Source of the DNA: Glaucostegus cemiculus
Lineage: Eukaryota
Direction of reading: 5' to 3'
DNA length: 64,000 nucleotides
NCBI GenBank assembly: GCA_976551045.1
Contig: CDPCPM010000013.1
Location: forward strand, 5,084,001 to 5,148,000
Shown: positions 48,932 through 61,700 of the stretch, piece after piece
Layout of the letters: each line of letters starts with the position of its first letter
How positions within the stretch are numbered: position 1 is the stretch's first letter
Notes under the pieces: generated by a model
What the model was told of the DNA's origin: nothing
What the model saw: the letters and a program-made list of their open reading frames with translations, nothing else
The model's database searches: none
Program-made: the position numbers and the translations under genes

Positions 48932-51879
48932 TCAATTTTAGTGTGGATAAGTACAACAGGCAGCATGGACAAGGAGGGCTAAAGGGTCTGTTTCTGTGCT
49001 GCATAACTCTATGACTTAATGATTCTAATTTTGAATATTTCTAAAAAGTCCCCCCACCCCCCACTGCTCCCCAGCCTCCTCTGCTCCAAGATAAACAAAC
49101 CAGCCTGTCCAGTCTCTCCTCATAACTGAAATAGTTCATCCCAGGCAACATCCCGTTGAACTTCCTCTGCACCCTCTCCAGTGCAATCACATCCTTCCTG
49201 AAGAATGACTACAGAATGCTAAGGTGCAGAGGGAACAGGGTGAGCTTGTACATGAAACACAGAAGGCTAGCATGTTGGTACAACAAGTAGTTCCGAAAAT
49301 AAAGAGAATGTTTGTCAGAATTGCAAAGGAATATGGAGTTAAAAAGTAAGTAAGTCTTGCTATAACTCTGTAAGATGGTGGTGAGACCACACTGGAGTAT
49401 TGTGTATAGATTTGGTCTTCTTACTTAAGGAGGGAGATCACTGCATTGGAGTAATTTCAAGGAAGATTTACAAGATTGATTAGGGGCATGAAGGAGGAAC
49501 TCTAGGAACTTAGATAAATGAGAGGTGATTTTATTGGAATCCATAAGATTCTAAAGGGTCTTGACAGGATAGTTTTGAAAGGATGCTTCTCCTCATGGAA
49601 GAAACTGGAATTGTGGCATAATTTCAAAATATAGGTGCACACTTATTATGTTGGAATTGATCTCCCAGAGGATCATGAATCTTTGGAATTCTCTACTCCT
49701 GGATACAGTGGAGGCTGAATCATGGAATATGTTCCAGACCGAGACAGACAGGATATTGGGATTGAGCAGGAAAATGGAACTGAGCTAAGACCAGACCAGT
49801 CATGATCTTATTGAGTGGTGGAATCAAAAACATTCGCCAGAAATCTCTGTGCATCCTAAAGGGCACCTAAAATGATGCAGATACAATGAGACAACTATCA
49901 TTTTGGCTCATGACCACCACATCAGAATGTCATTGTGATTGAGGGCCAAGGTTGACCAGGCCGAGAGATGGCTAAGCTTATGTGAGGAGGAGAGTGTTTT
50001 TGCGGTTAGCTTTTAGCAGGGGGCGTTGGGATTGGAGAAACCGGTATGTTGTGTTGGAGATTGGAACCAGGACTGGTGTAACGATCTTGGGGTGAGTTGG
50101 AGCAGAAGCAAAGGTTGCTTGTGTTATGGGGTCAGCTGGCCCAGGGGAGTGCAGTTTGGACACTATGCAAATGGCTTCCTAGGTAATTAAGATTAAAACT
50201 CTGAAACCATTTTATTTTGGAGTTTATCATTGCCTTTACAAAGTTATTGATATGCCTTTTCAAAATGTTCCTCACATTAAAAAATCCATAATGAATCAAT
50301 ATAGATTTTAGTACATTTCAAGCTTTGTGATAAGTAAAATCTTGTTTAGGAAGATTATTATAGAATATGAAAGCAAGAGAAAACTCCAAATTATTGAATA
50401 CAAGCCAAAAGAAAAGTGTGAAATCAAACCTTGATGCTTTGCCTCAAATATCCAGACAGACTCTGTATGTTCCTTTTCCAGACAGGTTGGGTACCACAAA
50501 GTGGACTCGAGGCAGGTATTAAATAACTCCACTGACTGCAGACTGCCTGAACCTGGTAATGGCCTTCTTTACCACCCCTTGGTGGTGCAACAGGCTAAAT
50601 AGTCTGGATAGAGAGAAGCTGTTTGCATTGTGAGGAGGGAGAGTAACCAGAGGACAGGCATTTAATGATTGTCAAAAATGCCAGTGGGTTATATTAGTAA
50701 ATAAATTTTATTCAGCAACTTGATCTGAAGTATGTCATATTTCTGGAAAAGGTGATAGAAGCAGATTCAGTCTGGGATATGCTTGAAGAGAAATAATTTT
50801 TAGGGTTAGGAAAAGAACAGTTGAGCAGGATTAACTAGTAGATTATTCATAAAATCAGCACAAGCATGATGGTCTTCCATCTGTGCTCAATGATCCTATG
50901 GTATTAATCCGGCTAATATTGCCAATAAGCCATAGAAGGAACTGTTAAGACTGGTATTGAACATTTAGTCAAGGAGGAGGGTTTTAAAAGAGAAAGCTGG
51001 TGGAGATGCATTGAGTTTCAGGAAGTAAAATTCCAGGGTTCAGGGTCTCTATTGCAGAAATCATGACTTCTAATGTTGGGGTTGATAGAAGTGGGAGGTG
51101 AACAATAAGCCGAACAACAGTCCTCTTTTCCTATGTTTAACAAAAACCATGTATGCTTAGTCTGCAAGATAAGTTTCACAGTAATTGCTAATTAGTGCAA
51201 CTCAAGAGTAGAATGATTGTTTATTTGCGTACATCAAAACAGAACAAATAAATCCACTTGTAGTCTCCCTACTAATTACACAAAATGTCAATTACTTTAC
51301 ACAGGGCTTAATTATATTCAAGTACCATTCAGCATGTTTTGTATTGAAGATTAATATGCCATGTATTTTGGAACTTGTGTGTTTTGCAACTATGTAACCA
51401 GATTGTTTATTACATTTCAATCCTAAAGCTTTTTTGTTGTCTTCTAGTCTTTGCACTAACTTGTAGGGAGGGAAAGTTAATAAAAGTACATTCAGCCTAC
51501 ATTAAAATTGCTACCAGACAATAGGAGTGTTAAAGTCTGAGAGAGAAAGAAGTTATCATCAGGATATATAATTTCTGGATTTGTTTCAGTCGGATTGTCA
51601 TGTATAATTTTTGATCACTCGAATGTAATAAATAAACCATAATCTGTAGTAACTTCTAGTGCATTGAGATGATTGTTACAAGTTCATTGATATCTACAAA
51701 ATCAAAGGACAATGACCTGAACATGTCGGCCTCTGAACAGTTGGGTAAGCAAATTAATTGAGACACAGATGGTATATCTTTGGATGCCATTGCATGGAGA
51801 ATCGTGAAATGAAAATGGAGTCCTTTGGTTTTTACTTAAGTTTTACTCTTTAGTTTTAAAGAAATATTCAAATTTGTGA

Positions 51880-52190
51880 CTAAGTGCTTTGTTGAAAGAC
51901 ATGTTTTAGAAGCAAAGGGAGGAAGGAGTGGGAGAAAGTGAAGAAGTTCAGAAAAATTAAATGGAACTCAGGGTCCAGGCACTGAAAACACAGTTTCAAG
52001 TGGTGGGCAATTACATTCAGAGGCAACTAAACATCCAGAGATGAAGGAATAGAGATCCCTTGGAAGGTGGTAGTCCTGAAAAAGATTGTATTGCTGGAGA
52101 GGAGCAAGGACATGGAAAGATTTTAAAGTAAGGAAGGGTAATTTAAAATTGAGATAAGTTATCATTAAAAACCTGGAGCCAAGAAAATGC
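51880..52190 (-). mobile_element. L2 LINE 3' remnant
   Basis: FKLPFLTLKSFHVLAPL..YHLPRDL, matching L2 FKILLL.FKSLHGLAP.YL. Confidence 0.7.
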
Positions 52191-52359
52191 AATTCACCTA
52201 TTTTTGGTGAGTTGAAATATTGTAATGTTCAGCACTGACTCTGATTTGCACCCCACCGCCCACAAAAAATTACAAAATTATCCAAAAAGATATTTGAAAC
52301 ACTACAAGGGTGGCTTGCTTCTTTGTAGATGCTGTAAAATGGGACCTGCCGCATTTTTC

Positions 52360-54170
52360 TGCACTCTCCTTCTACCCCTAGATTCCCTTGTCGGTCAAAT
52401 GTGAATATCTGCCTTGAATATATTCAGTGATTCCATCTGCACAGCTGTCTGGGGAGGAGAATTCCAAATATCCACAACTCGCTGGGAAAAGAAGATCCTC
52501 ATCATCGCTGTTTTAAATGTGTAACTCCTCATTCTGAAACTATTCCTTCTCTAGTTCTGCCTCCAGGTACTAGAGAATCTCACATGGAGAAACATCCTTT
52601 CACCATCCACCCTGAAAATCCCCCTCAGAATCTTATATATTTCAATAAGATCTCCTCTCATTCCTCTGTACTCTGATGGGTACAGGCCCAAGCTGCTCAA
52701 TTTTTCTTCATATGTCGGCTTATTTATCCTAGGAATCAATCTGTGACTCTTCACTGCAACACCTCCAATATATCATCCCTTAAAAATGGTGAACAACACT
52801 GTACACAGTACTCAAGAAGCAGTCTCACTAGCTCTCTGCAAAATTGTATCAAAATCTCCCTTTTCTTTACTCTGTACTCCTTGCACTATGGCCAATATTA
52901 CATTAGCATTTCTAATTACTTGCTGCAGCTGCATGCATTTATTTTTCCTGTTTTCTGTACTGGAACCTCTTTGTACTGCAACATTTTGTATTCTCACTCT
53001 ATTTAAATAATAACTTGTTTTTTTCATTTTTCCTTCTCAAGTGGATAACCTCTCACTTTCTCACATTATACTCCATCTCATCCTTGCTCCCTAAATTAAT
53101 CTATTTATATCGATTTGCAGGCTCTTTGTGTCTACATCATGGCATACTAACTCATTCATCTATGTACCATCAGCAAATTTGGGTACAGTACATTCAATCC
53201 TTTCATCCAAGTGATTAATATAAATTATGAATACTTAAGTTCCCAGCAGAGATCCCTGTGACACCCTACTGTTATGATTGCCAATCCAAGAAGGACTCAT
53301 TTATTCTGACTGTATTCTGTTAGTACGTCTCTCCCCTAATCATGTCAATCTACTCCCCACAACCCCGTGCCCTATTATCGTGTGCAGTAACTTTTTAAGT
53401 GACACCTAATTTAATGACTTTTGGAAATACCTTCAGCCCTTTTGTTTGCTACATCTTCAAAGAACTCTAGCAAGTTTGTCAAACTCATTTTCTCTTTCAT
53501 AAAACCATGTTGACTCTGTCTAGATTACTTCACAATTTTCTAAATGTCTTTTTATTGTCTCCTCAATAATGGATTCCAGCATTTTTTCAATGGCAGAAAC
53601 TGAGCTAACTATCGTACTTCCCATCTCATGCTTTCTGTGATACATTTGTGATTTTTCAATCCTTTGGGACCTTTGGGGAATCCAGAAATTTATGAAATTT
53701 TGAAGGCACTTCCTTTGAGACCGTTCCTTTGGAAACAAGCTATCAGGTCCTAGGGACTTGTTGGCCTTTAGCTGCATTAGTTTGCCACGTAAGTTTTCTT
53801 TTTCTGGTGACAGAGGTTATTTCATTTTCTACCCTCCCCAAAACACTTTGATTATCTATTTTATTGTGATATTTTAGTATTTTCTATCATGAAGACCAAT
53901 ATGAAATAATTATTTAGAATCTGTCATTTTTTTGTTCACCCTTATTAATTCCTCGGTCTTTTCCTCCAATGGAGCAACATATACTTTAACTACTCTGTTC
54001 CTTTTGTCCAGCTTCAGAAACTGTTATTGTCTGTTTTTAATGTTATTTGCTAGATTACTTTCATGATCTCTCTTGTACCTCTTCAATTTTGGTTTAATCA
54101 TTTCCTGGTTTCTCCAAATGTCCCAATCCTCTGACTCACCACTAATCTTCACAACAATTTATACCTTTAC
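52360..54170 (-). mobile_element. Degenerate CR1 ORF2
   Basis: LKANKSLGPD, KFADGT (gtaccatcagcaaattt), YEEKLSSLGLY..MRGDLIEIYKILRG. Confidence 0.85.
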
Positions 54171-54834
54171 TTTCTCATCCATCTTGATGAGGGGCACAAA
54201 TTAATCTGGAAACAATAGCTGCATAAACTACACCAGGTTTCCATTGATTTATATGTGAGGTCTGCATCAAGAATGAGTGTAAATCAATTCAATTCCAGAG
54301 CTTCTATTTTAAGATATCAATAGTTTGTGATGACACAGGTCATACCTCAAAATGTTCGGTATATGTTCAATGAGCTTATTCTCTAATTGGAAAGGAATTT
54401 TAGGCAGGAACCTTGCATATTGAAGACCTGGCTGCAATAAACTCCTCCCTCCATTACCATTTCCATGTATTATAATTCAGCACCTCCCCCATCACACCAC
54501 AAAACCCCATCCCACCCCACTACCACCACCATCACTATCACCATATCAGTGTATGGTGATTGGTTAGCAAAGTAATTACCATTAAACTTCTGAAAGTTAA
54601 TTGCAATCTGTCACTCAATGATATAAACCAACAACAACCATTCAATTAAATTCTAGAGTATAAACTGTAAAGACATTTCAATGTGTGAAACAAAATGAGG
54701 TTTGAAGCTTTTTTAGCTTTTAACAAATGTTGTGTTTACTAGGTGTGTTAATACATGCACAATTACTTGGCATAAATCTCCGCAGATGGCAAAGTTTGGG
54801 GCGGTGAGCTATACCTTTACACTAGTTGTAGGGA

Positions 54835-55105
54835 CATTAACTGAAGGGGTGACACTAACCCTAATATTAACTGAAGGCAGTGGAGACAATGACAATGATA
54901 TTACACAAATGAGGGAATGGAGACCCCAATATTTATTGTGTGGATGAGGGCACTGACCCTGATATTAGCTGAAGGCAGTGGGGGCATCAACACTGTTAAT
55001 AGCAGAAGGCATTGTGGACATTAACCCTGCTATTAACTGGAGTTAGTGGCAACAGTGACATAGGTGGTAACGAGGTAATGGGGATAAGGAAGCTGATATT
55101 ACTCA
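54835..55105. repeat. Decayed minisatellite (about 30-36 bp unit)
   Basis: Recurring cactaaccctaatattaactgaaggcagtgg variants, about 6-7 copies. Confidence 0.6.
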
Positions 55106-55330
55106 AGTCAAGTTTATTGTCATGTGCACATGTATGGTGAGGTACAGGTACAATGACCAACTTGCTTGCAGCAATATTACAGGAACTTGGTTCAGACAAC
55201 ACATAAAACATAGATTATACACAAATTGTGCATAAATTATATAAGACAGTGTAGGAAAAAGACTGCAAAACAAAATATTAATAGAAAAACATGATTAGAA
55301 ACAAGTCCATGGTAGTGCAAGAGGTGCAAG
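55102..55330 (-). mobile_element. Rex1-like 3' tail fragment
   Basis: tcaagtcaagtttattgtcatgtgcac..gtacaggtacaatga..cttgcttgcagca. Confidence 0.6.
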
Positions 55331-57742
55331 TCCCTGGTACTGCACTAGTCCAATGCCCTAGTGCCTGGTTTTCTATCCATCCATTAGGAAATTGTGCTCT
55401 GCTGCTTAATCATTAGTTTTTGATTAGAAAATAGACATGCAAATGTTGGCAGCTGGCAGTGACATTCAGAAATTATTTCCTTTACTCTTCCTAAGCCTCA
55501 CCAATGCACACCACTATTGAAGCTGTGGGGACATCTGTGTGACACAAACATTATCGTTGTTGTGTTGTGAATCCATGCTCAATTATAACTACAAAGTTAT
55601 AACTACAACCTCATCTCTGAGAGGAACACTTCAGCGCGAGAGGATTCTTCCATCCCAATAGACCCACCTTAAGTAGAATAGAGGCAGGAATAGAAAAAAA
55701 ACAGAAATTATGTAAACTGTTGTGACACCACATCCAGTTCTCCATTTAAAAAATTAGAAGATAAAGGACCACTGTTACAAGTGACATAGAATATTCTTTG
55801 CCTTCTTACCGGAGACCCACACGGAAGATCAGTTCAGTTCAACTCAATACAACTAATCTAGTTAAGTGTGTTTGCCCTGCTTCCCAGCAAGTCATTCTAT
55901 TCACATTTACATACCTTTTTCACATTTCATAATCATCTTTTTCCTCATTCAACCATACTACCTTTTCATTAATGGCATAATTTCTGTCTCAAACATTCAT
56001 CCTGGGATTGAATTCCCCTGTGACAAAAAGTCAATTTTTCTTTGTACTAAATCGTTTACACTTTATCTCATATCTTTGGTCTCTTATTTTTGATCCCTTG
56101 ACTACTGGAAACAGTGTCTATCCAGCTTTTCCCATGCTCTCATAATGTTACACACTTCCATCATATCACACCATAATCTGCATTTATACCAATCAGATTT
56201 CAGCCAATTTCTCTTCACCACTCTGCTTCAATGCTGTTCTGAGAGTAAGTAAATCCTTTTGCTGCTATTTCTGAACAAGCTTTCACGTGTGTGGTAATCT
56301 CTGCCCAGATTTGAAAGATGTGATGAGAGCTTGCAACAAAGGCTTTGGTTTTCCTTTTATTACTTCATTAACAAAGAGCTCTAAGTCTTGTCTGCAAATA
56401 TTGAGTCCACCGCATTTGCTAAGGTTTCATTTATAATGCTTTTGAGTTGTACTTCTGTTCAAGATGCTATTTAATGGCCTTTAGGTCTTCAAGTAGTGTA
56501 CTCACAGCTTCTTAGTCTGGAAGTTACCATGTTTATTATTAACATATATACATTGAATGACAAGCATTCCATTCCTATCTCCAGTTGTAAATCTCCATTA
56601 AAACAACACATTTAGAACCTATAAGCTAAGGGCTAGAATTTATAGACTACACACAATAATTTCAAAATGTAGGCAATTTCAAATGGCATTTCTTCCATCC
56701 CAAATGTAAAGAACTATGCAAAATTCACTGACCCCAGAAATGAGTAACTCATCATGATGAATGTGTGTTAAGCATTGACCCATAAAAATCACCCCACAAA
56801 TCACCTAAAAGTGATAGAACATGATAGTTAGCAGCTGAGGGAACAGATTATTTTCAATTACTTTTCATGTAAAAACTATAGGGTTTGAGATTGAACTTCA
56901 GAACACAGCTAACAACCAAAAACAGTCAATTATTTTTATATGTAATTGCAACATCAATAGAAAATCACTTTAATCTATATGGATGATATTTTGACATGTG
57001 AAAAATGAATGAACACAGCATTGGTGATAATTGTCTCAATTATTTGAAATTGGGTAATTTTTGTTTCAAATATTATTACATTGAACAGAGTTTATAGATC
57101 AAATAAAAGTCACAAAAGGTTGTTTCCTCTGTTAAAAGAATCTGAAAGCTGGATTAGAAAAGACCATTAATGCTTTTTTTATATGTAAAGGACATGTAAA
57201 AATCATCTTACATCTGTTTTGGAAAATTTACTCCCATTTCCAGGGGAAGGCCTACCTATCAGGAAACTGGACAAGGCACTTCCTGTTTCAGTTCACCTGA
57301 GCAGATGATCTTATCACATGGAGTGTGCTTTTCTTGCTGATAGTAATTGAATCAAAAAGTTGCAACCTACAACCACTTGTAAGTAAAAAGGAATGCATCA
57401 CAAAAAGTCAAGAATCATGCATGAATTAAAGGGTCCTCACTAGCACAACAAATTTACTTTTTCTGACTTCCCACATCAACTTCAAAGTGCTGTCCTTTTT
57501 GCAGACAAGGAGTGCTGAAAAACATTCTATTATCTGTGTGCTAGGTACAAGATCTGTTACTCCCATGAGCACTGTAGAGTAAACTGATCCCAGAACAAGC
57601 CCCATTCAGTCTATTCTAAAACATGGGAGTCCTCATTACCCAGCACAGCATCATTTAACCCCTCCTTCCTTGATTTCTTCTCCAAAATTTCCCTTCCTCT
57701 TTCTGTCCCAGTCCCTTGTCCATTTCCTGCACTTGCCCACCA

Positions 57743-58088
57743 TGTTAATAGCATAGATAAGATCAACGGTCATAGTTCTTTTTCCCAATGTAAGGGAGTT
57801 AAAAACAGGAGGATACAGATTTAAGGTGAGAGGGGAAAGATTTAAACGGACCTGAGGGGCAACGTTTTCATACTGAGGGTGGTGGGTATATGGAATAAGC
57901 TGCCAGAGGAAGCTCTAAAGATGGGTACAATTATAACATTTAAAAGACATTAGAGAGGTACATGAACAGGAAAGATTTAGAGGGATATGGGCCCAACACA
58001 GGCAAATGGGACTAGCTCAGGGAGACAACTTGGTCAGCATGAACAAGTTGGGCTGAAGGGCCTGTTTTCATACTGTATATCTCTATGA
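57743..58088 (+). mobile_element. CR1 3' end
   Basis: atttaaggtgagaggggaaagattt..gacctgaggggcaacgttttc..ggctgaagggcctgttttcatactgtatatctctatga. Confidence 0.9.
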
Positions 58089-58231
58089 AGTTAAAGGGGT
58101 TTGGGAAATCAGGATCTCCTCACTCTTCTGAAACCATTCTTTAAGGGAAATTGCCAGAAGAGGTATGTCCCCCCAAAAAAAAATCATTAATGTCCCATAT
58201 GAATGTAGGGAACATTTCAGATCTAAGATCC

Positions 58232-58640
58232 TGTCATGATTCTGAGTACTGGCCCTTGATTTGGTTCCTTGGATGCCTCGTTGTACAGCACATGGATTCC
58301 ATGCTGGACTGATTGCATAATGACACACACCTGAGCCCCATCAGGGGCCTAGCATAAGTACCTGGGTTTCTCTAGTACTAGTTGCCAGAGGATTGGTCAA
58401 CTTTGAAGATTCAGTTTGGTGCCTAGCTGCTTAGAGTGGTTTACTCCAGAGCAGTCCTGTGTTCTCTAGTCCTGCTTGAAGATTCATTTTGTGTTAGGAT
58501 TACTGCTCAGATCTCTGAGGCAAGATTTCCTTCCAGTGTTGCCTGTGTTTGGTCCTGAGGAAGTATCCTAACTCCAGTCTTGTACCAGTGTGCTGCATTT
58601 GGGTTCTCTGTGATCTTGCTCTTCAATCAACATTGTGACA
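58232..58640 (+). mobile_element. Solo LTR (409 bp) with 5-bp TSD GATCC
   Basis: TGTCATGA...TGTGACA ends, gatcc on both sides (58227-58231 and 58641-58645), and internal cacctg..cataagta and ctgcatttgggttc typical of fish Gypsy LTRs. Confidence 0.8.
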
Positions 58641-58646
58641 GATCCC

Positions 58647-58730
58647 AGTTCTGATGAAGGACTTCCAACCTGAAGCACTAACTCTGTTTCTCTTTCCACA
58701 GATGCTGCCTGACTGTTTTGAGTAATCTCT
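58647..58730 (+). mobile_element. Penelope terminal repeat with hammerhead-like motif
   Basis: AGTT-CTGATGA-AGG..CCT-GAAG-CACT-AACT, then cacagatgctgcctgac. Confidence 0.65.
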
Positions 58731-61700
58731 TTTTATTCATTATTGATAATATGTTTTCCTTTGTCATCCAAATGCCAAGGGTAACAATAAGATCAAATAA
58801 TTGTTCTTCAAGTCTGGTCATCTTGAGGACATTTAGACACAACTTTATGGAATGATATTGGTTACTTCCCACTTTCAAGTACAGAAGCACTTACCCACAC
58901 CTGAAGGCTTGAGGCTGATCTATATTCAGCTCTGGCAGTGGGACCCTTTGATCAAAGTATCAAATCTCTAGTGGGATTTCATACAGTTTCAAAGGATCAG
59001 TTCTGGGCTATTTGCCTTCAGGTGAGTCCTGGAAGTAGGCTGGAGGAAAAGAGGGTCCACTGACAAGGGAAATAATTTGAAGGCCATTGGCTGCATATTC
59101 CAACACCCAACTATAATAAAGGCCACCATTTGATTGGCAACTTCTTGCAACCTTGTATCTGTGACTTGAAATCCTGACTGAAGCAGAGCCCAGATCAAAT
59201 CCACTTGAAGCACTGCCAATGGACCATAGAGTGCAGAGAGGAATGTTTGTAGGGGGAGGTGAAAGTGATGTTATGAGAGGGCTCAAGAAGATTTGAACTT
59301 TAGTCAGTGTGGAGGAGGGTGTTTTGGGGTGGGTGCAGGGATCAGAATTTTGAGGATGGTCAGGGTTATAGAGGGGTCATGATCAATTGTAATCAAGGCC
59401 ACACTTGGTAGGTGGAGTGGGCTGGAGACCATGCTTCCAACCATCAGTCTTCTCTGCTAACATTAAGGAAACAGAATTTAATAGGTATTTCAGCTAATTT
59501 CCATTTTTCCCAATACCTAAACACTGAACAAAAGCCTGTTTAAGTAACTCATCTGAGTGACATCATATTTTCCACAGAAGAGAAGTTAGGATGAGCTCCA
59601 TTGAGATGGAAATTTGGAAGCATTTTTACAGATGCACTGTGATGGGATGGCTCCTCTCACAATATCTATAAATAAATTCTGCACAAATTCAAGCTCAAGG
59701 AATCAGGCACAGTCTCTATTTTATTCCTGACTATTTTCCTTACTTTTTCCAAAAGATAAAGAAAAAATCATGGTCAGAAATTCCAATACATGAGCCAGGC
59801 AGGTACAATAGTTGGAGGCTGGGTTCTGCCGAAAGACCTTGGCAACTGACCAGTCAATGCAATCTTAACAATTTTTCCACAGATATTGCCAAGTGACCTG
59901 CTGAGCTTTTTCCACTATTTTCTGTATTTATTTCAGATTTTCAACATCTGTATTTTTTTATTGATTTTTACCTCTGGCACCAACACTGTGTGCAGGTATC
60001 CTTTCAGATGTAGCCTGCACGACGGCTGTAGCCACAGGGCTTGTTAGATGTATTGTGGTCAGAGGGAGTATAAGGGTGGATGGGGAGGAGCAATTGGGAG
60101 ACTGGCCACTTGACTAGTAGAGTGAGAGGGAACTTGATCAGCAGTTTGGATAGTGGATGGAGAGGCTGTCAGTTCAGACTGGAGTGGGTGAAACAGATCA
60201 GTAGTTTTGGATTGTGAGATACGCAGGGTTAAGAAGGTGGCAGATTAAGAGTCAAGGATGCTGGCACTGTGTTGAGTTAGGGTTACTTTGGGGTGGGGAA
60301 AAGAAGGATGAAGATAATTGATTGATTTTTGTCAGGCCTTCTAGGTTAGTGCTCTGCTGGGTTGTCCCAGGATTGCCCACTGGTGAACACACTGGAACAA
60401 TATGATTGTAGCTCTCCTGAAAATGTGTAATGGGGACTCACACTTGAAAGTGTGTGGTCATTTTTACAGAGTAATTGCAAACCGTATCAGAAATGGCCAT
60501 TATCAATCCAAATTGTGGAACTAAAACATTTGCACAACACTGAATAAAAATATTTCAGTTTCTGGGCATTTTTAAAGAAAAAGAAAATTCATGTTTATGG
60601 GGATGAATCACAATAATTTGCATTTTTAGATTTTTTCAGACAGTCATCTTGAGCAATTTGTGCTAAACATCTATATTGAAGTAAATGCAAATTACACCAC
60701 ACTTTTCAAATTCAGCTCCATTTATTATAATAGTACTCAATTTTGGTAGGAGAGTAAAATGGCAGTGGCTATTACATTCCTGTATGGTACAGGTGGCAAG
60801 TATGCTGACATAATTTTGGGTTTAATCCAAGATCTTTGACTCTTAATAACTAATTATGGGACTCCCATAATAACTAATTGTTATGGATAAGGGTAAACCT
60901 AAGAGAGGTAGTGGAAGCATAATCACAGAATGAGGCTAAAGAGCTTATTTTTTTCTAGTCAGAAATTGCCAAAGTCTGTTGCTTACCCCATGTGATGTAA
61001 ATTACACCTGCATCTCTGAACAAAAACTGAGGCAGGTTATATAAAACGGCAGCCAAATCACTGCCTCCCATTTTCTACCAACATGGAAAAGAAAAAATAA
61101 GCACATGCAAGCACTGGAAATATTTGTTTTTACCATAATAATTTCATAGTCAGAACCTTCTCGCAAATAACTACATTTAATGGACTAAAAATAATTCCAA
61201 CAGCTGATCAGCAGGAAGGTGCATTCATTTTTATACATAACCAGCCTTAGATCACTTGTTGACTGATGATCCATTTCTTACACCTTACATGTGAATATTT
61301 CTCTCAAATTAGTGAAAGGATCTTCAGAAAAGAATCAGTAACTGTTGAAAATACACAGTTAAATTACCTTTGGCTGTTAGTTCAGTCTATAGACCTTTGT
61401 TTTAATTGATGTAATGGATGCAAAGGATAATATTACTGATTACAGGGCTTCAGTTTGATGCACTTTTAGTTATTTATTAGTAATGCACTAATGCCTATTG
61501 GTACTACTCTAGAAACACTTGGTTCTGTCTCATGTCACAGAAAAAAAAGGCACAACTGGCTACAGCTTGGATGGAAATGATCTGGGAGCACTATGTGCAG
61601 TGGACTTTCCCAGGGAGGAGGTAAGTGCCGCCTGGACACTTGTGGGCATAGTCAAGAATCTTTACTGATTTAAGATATGTTGCCGTGTCTAACATGCCCC

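Larger units (their letters stand above)
46290..49830. mobile_element. Cluster of CR1 fragments in both orientations with nested Penelope and SINE
   Basis: + pieces at about 46290-46440, 46810-47205 (KFVDES), 48445-49015 and 49210-49830. - pieces at about 46480-46805 and 49040-49205. Confidence 0.75.

Noticed and set aside
54537-54560. Short hairpin atcaccatat-cagt-gtatggtgat
   Set aside because: It is too short for a pre-miRNA and adjoins low-complexity (acc)n sequence.
58895-59039. Minus-strand AG..GT-bounded 145-nt segment
   Set aside because: All frames contain stops and there is no independent support.
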